DNA of 64,000 bases, taken from the NCBI GenBank assembly GCA_041649715.1, contig JBAZMP010000002.1, forward strand, positions 132,964 through 196,963. Reading direction: 5' to 3'. The position numbers were made by a program, and so were the translations under genes. The notes beneath the pieces are model-generated. The model worked only from the letters and a program-made list of their open reading frames with translations. It did no database searches and was not told the DNA's origin. Shown piece by piece: positions 9,931 to 18,306 of this stretch (position 1 is the stretch's first letter; each line of letters begins with the position of its first letter). This DNA comes from Patescibacteria group bacterium (GTDB lineage: Bacteria > Patescibacteriota > Patescibacteriia > JAXHNJ01).

Positions 9931-11037
9931 TTAAGCCTTAAAAAGATAATGCATCACATCGCCGTCCTGGACAACGTAGTCCCGGCCGACAATTTTCATG
10001 AGGCCCTTTTCCCGGGCGGCCAATTCTGAGCCGGCTTCGTATAATTCCTTCCAGTTGAAGACTTCCGCTTTGATAAAGCCTTTCTCAAAATCAGAATGGA
10101 TGATGCCAGCCGTCTCCGGCGCCAAGGCCCCTTTAACAAAGGTCCAGGCTCGTACCTCGTCTTCGCCGCCCGTCAGAAAAGTCTGGAAATCCAGCATTTC
10201 ATAACCGAGTTTGATCAATTTATTCAAACCTGACTCGGCGAGGCCGAGGTTTTTCAGGAATTCTTTCTTTTCCGATTCGGAAGACAGATCAGCGATTTCC
10301 GATTCCAGCTGGCAGGAGATGACTACGACGGCCGAGCCGTTCTTTTCGGCAATCTCGCGCACTTGTTTGACGAAAAGATTGTCTTCCAGAAAATTTTCAT
10401 CCACATTACAACAGTAAATCTGTTTTTTCAAAGTGATTAAAGCCAGATCAGAGACCATTTTTATTTCTTCTTCGGAAAAGCCAAGGCTTCGGGCGGCAAG
10501 GCCTTTTTTCAGGGCTTCTTCCAGTTTTGTAAGCAAGGCAAGCAAGGGCGTGATCTTTTTCAAGGTTTCTTTATCCGCCGCTTTCAGCTGTTTAGAAAGA
10601 TTATCTTTTCTTTTGCTGACGATTTCCAGGTCGGATAAAGCCAGCTCAACTTCAATGGTTTCGATATCATCGACAGGATTAACGTTGCCAGTGACGTGAA
10701 TTATGTCACTGTTATCAAAACACCGGACCACGTGGCAGATGACTTTGGTCTGGCGGATATTTTCCAAAAATTTATTGCCCAAGCCTTCTCCTTTGGAAGC
10801 GCCCTTGACCAAGCCGGCAATATCCAGGAATTCCACAATAGCGGGCACGATTTTTTTAGGATGATAAAAACTGGCCAATTTCTCCAGCCGTTCATCGGGG
10901 ACGGTAACAATGCCCACATTCGGTTCAATAGTGCAAAAGGGATAATTTTGAATATCCACTGACTGTTGGGTCAGGGCTTTAAATAAAGTGGACTTGCCGA
11001 CATTGGGAAGCCCGACAATTCCTATTGAGAAAGACAA
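9931..11037 (-). CDS. ychF: ribosome-binding ATPase YchF
   Basis: G1 '[18 protein letters not shown]', '[20 protein letters not shown]', C-terminal TGS-like '[11 protein letters not shown]'. Confidence 0.95.
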   Translation of the reverse strand: MSFSIGIVGLPNVGKSTLFKALTQQSVDIQNYPFCTIEPNVGIVTVPDERLEKLASFYHPKKIVPAIVEFLDIAGLVKGASKGEGLGNKFLENIRQTKVICHVVRCFDNSDIIHVTGNVNPVDDIETIEVELALSDLEIVSKRKDNLSKQLKAADKETLKKITPLLALLTKLEEALKKGLAARSLGFSEEEIKMVSDLALITLKKQIYCCNVDENFLEDNLFVKQVREIAEKNGSAVVVISCQLESEIADLSSESEKKEFLKNLGLAESGLNKLIKLGYEMLDFQTFLTGGEDEVRAWTFVKGALAPETAGIIHSDFEKGFIKAEVFNWKELYEAGSELAAREKGLMKIVGRDYVVQDGDVMHYLFKA

Positions 11038-11093
11038 GTGGTTGATTAGTTAATTAATAAGGTGGTTTTGGTTTTTGATTATTGGGTATGGTC

Positions 11094-11600
11094 TCAGATC
11101 TTTATCTCGCAATATGACTGGCTTAGTCTTTTAGCTTTTGAGAGAGAAAGTAATTTTATTATTATTGCGTGTTCAAGTTTCGCCTCTTTTAAAGAAATTT
11201 TCCGGTCAATTGTTTCAAGCTCAATAAATTTTCCCAGGTCTTTTACGATATCCAAGTGTATGCGGGTATTTTTATATAACCATAGATAGCGGACTTTTTT
11301 GATTATGTTTTTGACGCCGAAAGCATCTTTAAAAAGTTTTTTAAGAGATTCAACCTGATTACTTTTTAGATTAATAACCTGTAAATTTGAAATCTTGGGT
11401 TTATCTATGTCCGGCCGCTGATAATATATTAGTTCGAAACAACGATTATTTATTTCTCTGATTTTTAAACGGCCCTTTTGGCAATAATAGTAGGTATCCA
11501 GCTGATTTAACTTTCCCGCATATTTTGCCTTTATTCTTTTAAGTGATATTTTTATTTCGTCAAACTCTCTAAGCTTGAATTTTGACTCGACGTTTTTCAT
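11094..11600 (-). CDS. CYTH-domain protein (class IV adenylate cyclase / triphosphatase-like)
   Basis: N-terminal 'VESKFKL' (ExExK-like) plus alternating beta-strand pattern, ~170 aa. AT-rich gene. Confidence 0.6.
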   Translation of the reverse strand: MKNVESKFKLREFDEIKISLKRIKAKYAGKLNQLDTYYYCQKGRLKIREINNRCFELIYYQRPDIDKPKISNLQVINLKSNQVESLKKLFKDAFGVKNIIKKVRYLWLYKNTRIHLDIVKDLGKFIELETIDRKISLKEAKLEHAIIIKLLSLSKAKRLSQSYCEIKI

Positions 11601-11608
11601 AACAGCAT

Positions 11609-12205
11609 TTACTTTTTCAGCTTTTTATACGTCATTTTTTTCAGGCCTTGCCACCAATCGGTGGAGGAGGATTTTTCAATGACTTTAAGTATTTCTTTGG
11701 CTGAGGGAGTTTCTAGCGCTTTCCGGACATTATCAATCCAGTTCTGCATGGCGGGATAACCCTGTTCGATGAATTCCTTGGCCGAAACCGCGGTTTCCAA
11801 CCAGTCCGCGTCCTGGGCGATAACACCTTCTTTGGTGTTTCTTTTATTTTTTTCATGATAAAGCTTCAGCCAGGTATCACGTGTTTTATTAGGCAGGGCG
11901 CTGATTTGCTCCAAGAAGGCTTTTTTCTCAGCCGGGCCCGTATCTATATAGCGCGCGGAAACTTTATGGTGGTCGCCGGTCCGAATTTCCGGGAAATCAT
12001 GGATCAGACACATTATACAGGTTTTTTCCGGATTAACATTTTCCAAATCAGCCAAGAGGTAGGCAATGGTCGCGGTCCGGACGGTATGATCCGCCAGACT
12101 GGTTAAATCATTGACGCCGGCAAGCAGTGGCCCGGTGTGTTTTTGCCTTTTGAGCAGGCCGAGTTCAAAAAAGAAATCGGCGATCTTTTTATAATTTGTG
12201 GTCAT
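11609..12205 (-). CDS. HD-domain phosphohydrolase (YfbR-like)
   Basis: 'ADHTVRTATIAY', 'LIHDFPEIRTGDHH', 'DADWLET'. Confidence 0.75.
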   Translation of the reverse strand: MTTNYKKIADFFFELGLLKRQKHTGPLLAGVNDLTSLADHTVRTATIAYLLADLENVNPEKTCIMCLIHDFPEIRTGDHHKVSARYIDTGPAEKKAFLEQISALPNKTRDTWLKLYHEKNKRNTKEGVIAQDADWLETAVSAKEFIEQGYPAMQNWIDNVRKALETPSAKEILKVIEKSSSTDWWQGLKKMTYKKLKK

Positions 12206-13043
12206 ATGGTTGTTTATTTAAATATTCAGAATTAAGATAAGTGTTTTCCAGCAAGTATGCCACGGTCAAGGGTCCCACGCCGCCCGGAACAGGGGAAAGC
12301 CAGGCCGCCTTGTTTTTGACGTCCTCAAAATCCACATCGCCGACCGTTTTTCCTTCTTCCGTGCGGTTGGTGCCGACATCGATCAGGATCGCTTTTTCCT
12401 TGATCACATTGGCTTTAATGAGCAGCGGTCGGCCGTAGGCGGCAATCACGATATCGGCCTCGCGGATGGCATCCTGGAAGTAGTCACCGGATTTTTTGAA
12501 CGTAACTTCCGCTTTCTTTTTTCCTAAGATGAACTTTAAGGGTTGGATGAAAACATCGCTGTTCGCCAGAATAACCGCTTTTTTCCCCCTGAGATTAACC
12601 TTGGTTTCTTTTAATAATGTCAAGATGCTCTTGATTAATCCCGGAACGATCACTTTTTGGCCCAGAATAAGATTTTTGATATTAAAGGGATGAAAGCCGT
12701 CGGCATCTTTCTGCCAATTTATCTGTTTAATGATATTATCTTCGTCCAGATGGCGGGGTAGAGGAAGTTGAACAATAATGCCGTGGATCTTGGGATCATG
12801 GTTAAGATTTTCTATTTTTTCGATAATTTCCTTTTCCTGGGTATAGGTGCTAAAGAAGTGTTTTTCAAAATATATTCCTACTTCTTTGGCCGCTTTTTCC
12901 TTGAGTTTGACGTAAAGTTGGGAAGCGGGGTCATCGCCGACTAAAATCACGGCCAGGCCGGGAGCGTAAGTCAGTTGTGAAACTTGAGTTTTTAGCTTGC
13001 CGAGGATTTTTGAGGCTAAAGATTTACCGTCAATAAGCTTCAT
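12189..13043 (-). CDS. folD: bifunctional methylenetetrahydrofolate dehydrogenase/cyclohydrolase
   Basis: 'MKLIDGKSLA', 'LAVILVGDDPASQLYVKLKEKA', 'IIVQLPLP', 'SPVPGGVGPLTVAYLLEN'. Confidence 0.93.
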   Translation of the reverse strand: MKLIDGKSLASKILGKLKTQVSQLTYAPGLAVILVGDDPASQLYVKLKEKAAKEVGIYFEKHFFSTYTQEKEIIEKIENLNHDPKIHGIIVQLPLPRHLDEDNIIKQINWQKDADGFHPFNIKNLILGQKVIVPGLIKSILTLLKETKVNLRGKKAVILANSDVFIQPLKFILGKKKAEVTFKKSGDYFQDAIREADIVIAAYGRPLLIKANVIKEKAILIDVGTNRTEEGKTVGDVDFEDVKNKAAWLSPVPGGVGPLTVAYLLENTYLNSEYLNKQPYDHKL

Positions 13044-13050
13044 AAAAATA

Positions 13051-13590
13051 TTATTTTTTATTAGTAGAATTATTAACGTTATTTCCCCCCTTCTTTAATA
13101 TAGTAGTAATGGTTGCAACAATAATTAGAAAGACGGACCCCAAAATATACATTAAAAGGAGATAGTTAGGCTTATTCTGATTTGTTACGTCTAAGAGAAA
13201 ATAAGGCGGTTGATACCAATCACTCTCAGAGTCTTTGAATATTCTGCCTTCAATTTTTTGGCCAATACTAATAGGATTTTTGTCGTATTCTTCGGCCGTT
13301 AGTTCTACTTGTTGTATATTTTGGGTAAATTTTTCGTCGCAAGGTGGTCCCTGTCCTTTCCTTTTATCAATATTTGTGATATTTAGATTCACAAGATAAT
13401 AATCTCTGTAGGTAAATAAACCTGCCATGTAATAAGCGTCATCTGGCCCATCAAATTTTTTGAATTCTATGTTTGTTATGGTTGCCGTGATTTTACAAGA
13501 GCTTGTATCTCCAGCCGCGGCCCTAGCTTCTTTTGCTAAAAAAGAGACAAAAAGTATTATTAAAAGGAAGAGTAGTTTATTCGCTTTCAT
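13051..13590 (-). CDS. hypothetical secreted/membrane-anchored protein
   Basis: Signal peptide 'MKANKLLFLLIILFVSFLAKEARA', C-terminal TM 'LLLMYILGSVFLIIVATITTIL'. AT-rich. Confidence 0.6.
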   Translation of the reverse strand: MKANKLLFLLIILFVSFLAKEARAAAGDTSSCKITATITNIEFKKFDGPDDAYYMAGLFTYRDYYLVNLNITNIDKRKGQGPPCDEKFTQNIQQVELTAEEYDKNPISIGQKIEGRIFKDSESDWYQPPYFLLDVTNQNKPNYLLLMYILGSVFLIIVATITTILKKGGNNVNNSTNKK

Positions 13591-13594
13591 TATA

Positions 13595-14836
13595 TTATAT
13601 TAATTCTGGATAAAGCGGATATTTTTCGGTTAAATCGTGAACTATTTTTAGCACTTCTTTTTTAACCGTATCATCGGTTGGATTCTTTAAAACCCTGGCG
13701 ATCAATTTTCCGATAATTACCATATCGTCTTCTTTAAACCCGCGGGTCGTTAAAGCCGGTGTACCTAATCTAATACCAGAAGGATCCAGAGGTTTTCTCG
13801 GATCATCGGGGATCATATTTTTGTTGACCGTAATTTTAACCGAGTCCAGTAGCTCTTGGGTTTGTTTGCCGGCCAGGCCAAAAGGCGTGACGTCGGTTAA
13901 GATTAAGTGATTCTCGGTCGTGCCGAAACAAATTTTAAAACCCTCATTTTTTAAGGTGTCACAAAGAACTTTAGCGTTCTTTTTGACTTGTCTGGCATAT
14001 TCTTTGAATTCCGGCTGCAAAGCTTCTTTAAAAGCCACGGCTTTGGCGGCGATATTGTGCTCGTGCGGCCCGCCCTGAAAACCGGGAAACACGGCTTTAT
14101 CAATGGCGCTGGCATATTTTTCTTTGCACATGATCAGGCCGCCTCTGGGGCCGCGCAAGGTTTTATGAGTGGTGGTCGTTATTACATCGAAAATCGGCAC
14201 GGGATTGTTCATTTCTCCGGCCGCGATCAAGCCGGCGATATGGGCGACATCTGCCATGGTAATGGCGCCTATTTCATCCGCGATTTCCTTGAATTTTTTA
14301 TAATCCAAATCCCGAGAATAGGCGGAGTAGCCGCACAAAATTATTTTTGGCTTATATTCATGCGCTAATTTTCTGACCATTCCGAAATCGATCAAGCCTT
14401 CCGGCGTGGTCTTGTACCTCACGAATTTAAAAAGTTTGGCCATATAAGTCACGGGGTGGCCGTGCGTCAAATGTCCGCCGTGGGAGAGGTCCATGCCCAA
14501 AACCGTGTCGCCGGGCGAAAGTAAGGCGAAATAAACCGCCACGTTGGCCGGCGCTCCGGAGAGCGGCTGGACATTGACGTGCTCCGCGCCAAAAAGTTTT
14601 TTCGCCCGATCAATGGCGATCTGTTCCACCGTATCCACATTTTCCGTGCCGCCGTAATATCTTTTGCCGGGGTAGCCTTCGGAGTATTTATTGGTCAAAA
14701 CGCTGCCCAGAGCCTCCAAGACGGCCAGGGAAACGAAATTTTCCGAAGGGATCATTTCCAGGCCTTCTTGTTGGCGTTTGATTTCGGCCGCGATGGCGCG
14801 GGCAATTTCCTTATCTTGTTTTTCCAGCTGTTTCAT
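13595..14836 (-). CDS. glyA: serine hydroxymethyltransferase
   Basis: 'IPSENF', '[13 protein letters not shown]', PLP-lysine motif '[14 protein letters not shown]'. Confidence 0.97.
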   Translation of the reverse strand: MKQLEKQDKEIARAIAAEIKRQQEGLEMIPSENFVSLAVLEALGSVLTNKYSEGYPGKRYYGGTENVDTVEQIAIDRAKKLFGAEHVNVQPLSGAPANVAVYFALLSPGDTVLGMDLSHGGHLTHGHPVTYMAKLFKFVRYKTTPEGLIDFGMVRKLAHEYKPKIILCGYSAYSRDLDYKKFKEIADEIGAITMADVAHIAGLIAAGEMNNPVPIFDVITTTTHKTLRGPRGGLIMCKEKYASAIDKAVFPGFQGGPHEHNIAAKAVAFKEALQPEFKEYARQVKKNAKVLCDTLKNEGFKICFGTTENHLILTDVTPFGLAGKQTQELLDSVKITVNKNMIPDDPRKPLDPSGIRLGTPALTTRGFKEDDMVIIGKLIARVLKNPTDDTVKKEVLKIVHDLTEKYPLYPELI

Positions 14837-14876
14837 AAACGTGATTATTTTAGCACAAAAAGCCAGATTTTACGAG

Positions 14877-14905
14877 TTGACAAGGAATAATATCCATGAT
14901 AAAAA
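14877..14905 (+). promoter_or_regulatory. promoter TTGACA-N14-TGATAAAAA (extended -10)
   Basis: TTGACA 14877-14882, TGn + TAAAAA 14897-14905. The same architecture recurs at 15794 and 16433. Confidence 0.5.
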
Positions 14906-14960
14906 GATGACAAATATCAAAGTCGCTCATTAGCAACGAAACGAAAAAGGAGGGGAAATA

Positions 14961-15347
14961 ATGGCGCAAGAAAAACGCGTCTTGGTTGTTTGTCATGTGG
15001 AAGCCGTGCTTTGGCCGATAGTCAGAAGATACAAAGAAGCGGGCTGGCAGGTGCAAGCGGCGAGTAATTTGCCTTCCGGCATGAGGATTTTTGAGGCCAA
15101 TCCAATCGGGTTCGACCTGGTGATCATGGATGAAGATCATGGCTGCGAGAATGGTTCTTTCCGCGACGTGCTGGCTGGCCTGCGCGAGATCAGGTGTTTG
15201 AATGGCCAGTGCGTGGTTATTGCCATGACGACCATAGCCAGAAGCAAAGTGGAAGTCAGGGATCTGAAAGAATGGGTCAATAAGGTTATAGACAGAAAGT
15301 CTTGGCCCACTCTCGTTGCTCTGTCGGCGCAGTATTTCAAGAAATAA
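14961..15347 (+). CDS. stand-alone receiver-like (CheY-fold) protein lacking the N-terminal acidic pair
   Basis: RBS 'AAAAGGAGGGG' 6 nt upstream. 'RVLVVCH', 'FDLVIMDEDHG', 'VVIAMTT' match the receiver beta1/beta3/beta4 pattern. Confidence 0.6.
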   Translation: MAQEKRVLVVCHVEAVLWPIVRRYKEAGWQVQAASNLPSGMRIFEANPIGFDLVIMDEDHGCENGSFRDVLAGLREIRCLNGQCVVIAMTTIARSKVEVRDLKEWVNKVIDRKSWPTLVALSAQYFKK

Positions 15348-15380
15348 TAATTGTTTACAAGATCCAAGGAGGTGAATCTG

Positions 15381-15752
15381 ATGGGAGAGGAATTCCGGTA
15401 TGAACTGCGGGTGCTTAGTGACACCGACTATAACGGTTTCGCCGAAGTGATGTTCTGGTACTTCGCGAATGGGGTTCAGTCGGCGACACACGCGAGCAGC
15501 CATTCGGTCAGACGCAAGTTTCCGTCGGGGACCCTTGTTCTCTGCCGCTTGAAAGCGGGCAAGGATAAAGATGGTCAACCCGGTTATTTCATGGCCGGTT
15601 TCGCCGAAGTCAAGCAGTCGGAGGCTAATGGCCGGCCGGTGGAATTCGGAGAAACGCTCAGTAATTCGGGTGTCGATGATTGGCAGCCGCCGGACAAGGA
15701 TACGCCGATCTTCGACTGTCGCACCAAAGGGGAGGCCAAGCAAATTCAATAG
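15381..15752 (+). CDS. hypothetical protein
   Basis: ATG at 15381 preceded by 'AAGGAGGTG'. Followed by a clean terminator at 15766. Confidence 0.55.
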   Translation: MGEEFRYELRVLSDTDYNGFAEVMFWYFANGVQSATHASSHSVRRKFPSGTLVLCRLKAGKDKDGQPGYFMAGFAEVKQSEANGRPVEFGETLSNSGVDDWQPPDKDTPIFDCRTKGEAKQIQ

Positions 15753-15765
15753 AAATATTTCCTAC

Positions 15766-15822
15766 GGGCACCGATAAACGGTGCCTTTTTCTATTGACAA
15801 AAGAGTTAACTTGTGATAAGAA
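15766..15822 (+). repeat. terminator+promoter module, copy 1
   Basis: GGGCACCgataAACGGTGCCTTTTT, then CTATTGACA-N14-TGaTAAGAA. Near-duplicate of 16403-16461. Confidence 0.75.
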
Positions 15823-15873
15823 AAAGGCAGACTTTTGTTCATTGAGTCTTTACAGAATTAAAGGAGGGCACGC

Positions 15874-16383
15874 GTGGGTCGAATAATGTTCGTGATCCTG
15901 GTTATTTTAGCAGGTATTGGTCTGATGAGTTGCGGCAAGAGTGGCGATCAGGTCGTTCGGGAACAGCTGGCTGGCCGGCCGGCTGATACCTTGACCACGT
16001 TTACCGTGGATTCACGCGAATTGTCTGAATGTCTTGCGAGCATGAGGGATTTTTACGGCCAGAAGATGGAACGGCCAAAATATGTCCTTTATCGCGACAA
16101 GAAATGGCAGTTTCATTTCGTCAGCCCGGCGGTCATGGGTCAGGCAGTGATCGAATTCTGCGAGGAGCAATTTGATCGGGACCTGATTCCCCGGGATCAG
16201 AAATGGGGCAAGGAATTTGCCCAGCACTATATAGTTTTGTCCTACGCGACCAGAGAGTGGCCGGACGCGAAAAAAAACAAGGAAAAGGCCAAACTTTTTG
16301 ACAAGATATTTTCCAGCATTTGCGGCATAGATGATTTGACGAAAAATCATCTTGTTCAGGGAGGCGGAACTCTACTCGAGTAA
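15874..16383 (+). CDS. hypothetical lipoprotein
   Basis: GTG start 5 nt after 'AAAGGAGGG'. Lipobox 'AGIGLMSCG'. Confidence 0.65.
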   Translation: MGRIMFVILVILAGIGLMSCGKSGDQVVREQLAGRPADTLTTFTVDSRELSECLASMRDFYGQKMERPKYVLYRDKKWQFHFVSPAVMGQAVIEFCEEQFDRDLIPRDQKWGKEFAQHYIVLSYATREWPDAKKNKEKAKLFDKIFSSICGIDDLTKNHLVQGGGTLLE

Positions 16384-16402
16384 AGCCCAGAAGTGAAAAC
16401 AG

Positions 16403-16461
16403 GGGCACCCGTAAAACGGTGCCTTTTTTCTATTGACTGAATATGTGTTTTATGATAAAAA
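16403..16461 (+). repeat. terminator+promoter module, copy 2
   Basis: GGGCACCcgtaAAACGGTGCCTTTTTT, then CTATTGACT-N14-TGaTAAAAA. Confidence 0.75.
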
Positions 16462-16499
16462 GTCTTTATTCAGCGTTCTTTAACAAAGAGGTGATAATC

Positions 16500-16919
16500 A
16501 TGAAAAAGCTGGTCAGACCAACGGAGCCGACGCCTTTCGCGAAGTGGATGGGCGTCAAAAAGCTGGGAGAATATGACGGGATCAAACATACTTACGTTGT
16601 CGTAGCGCAGGTTCCCCCGGAGGCGCTTAATTTTTTCGGCACCGTGCATGGCGGTTATCTGGCCGGCTTGTTTGATGATGCATTCGGGATGCTGGCTTAC
16701 TTCATTTACGGAGTTAATTCCGCGACGACATTCGATGGAAACGTGAAGCCTTTGAAAATGTTAAGGCTGTCCGGCGGTAACAGTTTAGTGTTCGAAACTC
16801 GTTTCAAGGAAGAATCGGATTGTGTCATTCAGCTGGAGGGTTCGGTGAAAAGAGGAAACATTATCATGGCAGAAGCGGTAAGTTTCTGGCTCTTGAGAAA
16901 GAATCGAGGCGGGAAATGA
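16500..16919 (+). CDS. PaaI/hotdog-fold thioesterase
   Basis: ATG 16500 after 'AAAGAGGTG'. 'GTVHGGYLAGLFDDAFG' is the PaaI-type catalytic segment. Confidence 0.7.
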   Translation: MKKLVRPTEPTPFAKWMGVKKLGEYDGIKHTYVVVAQVPPEALNFFGTVHGGYLAGLFDDAFGMLAYFIYGVNSATTFDGNVKPLKMLRLSGGNSLVFETRFKEESDCVIQLEGSVKRGNIIMAEAVSFWLLRKNRGGK

Positions 16920-17008
16920 AAAAGAGAAGAATACCGGATTGGGTTTGGTTTATTGCGGGATTTTTAGCCGCATGGTTAATATTGGGTTTGATCCTTGGGG
17001 GCTGCTAG
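16916..17008 (+). CDS. 30-aa single-TM peptide, ATGA-coupled to the thioesterase gene
   Basis: 'MKKRRIPDWVWFIAGFLAAWLILGLILGGC'. Its start overlaps the upstream stop (ATGA). Confidence 0.35.
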   Translation: MKKRRIPDWVWFIAGFLAAWLILGLILGGC

Positions 17009-17023
17009 AAAAGGAGAAGAAAA

Positions 17024-17491
17024 ATGAAAAGAATGGGCGGAATGATCGGACTGGTTATATTGTTGTTTGCTATTCTCTTGTTCTTTTATTTTGATACGCC
17101 CAGGCTTCAGACCTGTAAGATTAGCTCTCAATCGCAGGCGACTCAAATCTATGCCGCTTTGCTCCGGGCCGAAACAAAAGGGGAAAAAGCCCAGGGATAT
17201 CTTCTTGTTTTTAAAGACCACGGCCGGGGTTGTCAAATTCGGGGCGAGGCGGCGGTGGACGCGCTGGTCGTCTATCACGAAAAAATCGCCCAGGCCTTGC
17301 CTGATAGCCTGGTCGGATTCCTCTCGGGCCGGATTGAGCTGATAAAATCCGAAAAAGAACAGTGGCGCAAGGCTAAGGGCAAATTGCAAAGACGAATGGC
17401 TTTGGGCCATATTTGCGGCGCTCTGGAGATTCTTAATAACCGGGAAGAGGTTTACGAGATAAGGGCGGTCAAGGACCGATTGTTCGATTGA
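17024..17491 (+). CDS. hypothetical membrane-anchored protein
   Basis: RBS 'AAAGGAGAAG'. N-terminal TM 'MIGLVILLFAILLFFYF'. Terminator at 17516-17543. Confidence 0.55.
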   Translation: MKRMGGMIGLVILLFAILLFFYFDTPRLQTCKISSQSQATQIYAALLRAETKGEKAQGYLLVFKDHGRGCQIRGEAAVDALVVYHEKIAQALPDSLVGFLSGRIELIKSEKEQWRKAKGKLQRRMALGHICGALEILNNREEVYEIRAVKDRLFD

Positions 17492-17515
17492 ACCAAAAAG
17501 AATTATTTCTAAGCA

Positions 17516-17543
17516 AGGTCGCTTTAAAAGAGCGGCCTTTTTA
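17516..17543 (+). terminator. intrinsic terminator ending the GC-rich block
   Basis: AGGTCGCT-ttaaaag-AGCGGCCT followed by TTTTT. Confidence 0.65.
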
Positions 17544-17616
17544 TATCGAAAGAAATTGAATTTTCTTACGGGATTAATATCTTGCCTTTTATGGCGCAAA
17601 ACGCTAATATAAAAAC

Positions 17617-18306
17617 ATGACGAAAAAAGGCCAAAAAATCATCATTATCGTAATCGTGGTCCTGGTGGCCATCATCGGTTTCTTGGTAATCGCCCGCCTA
17701 ATAACAGGCGAGGATACTTGGATATGCTCAAACGGCGAATGGGTAAAACATGGTCAGCCTTCGGCCGCCAAACCGACCAGCGGCTGTGGAAATGTTAACA
17801 CTAACCTTAGTAATAGCAATAGTGATGCCAATACTAATTCGAGCGAGAATACCAATTCTACGGCCGGCAGTTTTGATGCCTGCGTGTTAGCGGGCAATCC
17901 AGTGCAGGAAAGCTATCCGCGGAGATGCGCCATGAACGGTCAAACATACACGGAAGATATCGGCAACGAACTGGAAAAAGCGGACTTGATTACGATTACT
18001 TCGCCGCGCCCTAACGCCATAGTGACTAGCCCCATGAGCGTTTCCGGGCAGGCAAAAGGTACCTGGTTTTTTGAGGGCGTTTTTCCGGTCAAATTAACGG
18101 ACGAGAATAATAATGTTCTGGCGGAAACGCAAGCGCAGGCTTCCGGCGACTGGATGACGGAAAATTTCGTCGAGTATACCGCCACTTTGACTTATACGAC
18201 GCCTCTTTCCGGTAAATTATATATGATCTTAAGCAAGGCCAATCCTTCCGGTTTGGCCGCCAACGCCGACGAATTGAAAATTCCCCTGAAATTGTCTAGT
18301 GATTAA
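17617..18306 (+). CDS. secreted protein with Gmad2-type Ig-like domain
   Basis: TM/signal anchor, Asn/Ser-rich linker. 'ITSPRPNAIVTSPMSVSGQAKGTWFFEGVFPVKLTDENNNVL' is typical of Gmad2 domains. Confidence 0.65.
   Translation: MTKKGQKIIIIVIVVLVAIIGFLVIARLITGEDTWICSNGEWVKHGQPSAAKPTSGCGNVNTNLSNSNSDANTNSSENTNSTAGSFDACVLAGNPVQESYPRRCAMNGQTYTEDIGNELEKADLITITSPRPNAIVTSPMSVSGQAKGTWFFEGVFPVKLTDENNNVLAETQAQASGDWMTENFVEYTATLTYTTPLSGKLYMILSKANPSGLAANADELKIPLKLSSD

Noticed and set aside
14850-15749. 299-aa minus-strand ORF spanning the receiver-like and following gene
   Set aside because: It is antisense to two plus-strand ORFs that each have a strong RBS, a promoter and a terminator. The sequence is Arg/His/Pro-rich, as expected for a shadow ORF in GC-richer DNA, and has no RBS.
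16976-17599. 207-aa minus-strand ORF
   Set aside because: It is antisense to 17024..17491, which has an RBS, an N-terminal TM helix and a downstream terminator. The minus ORF runs through that terminator.
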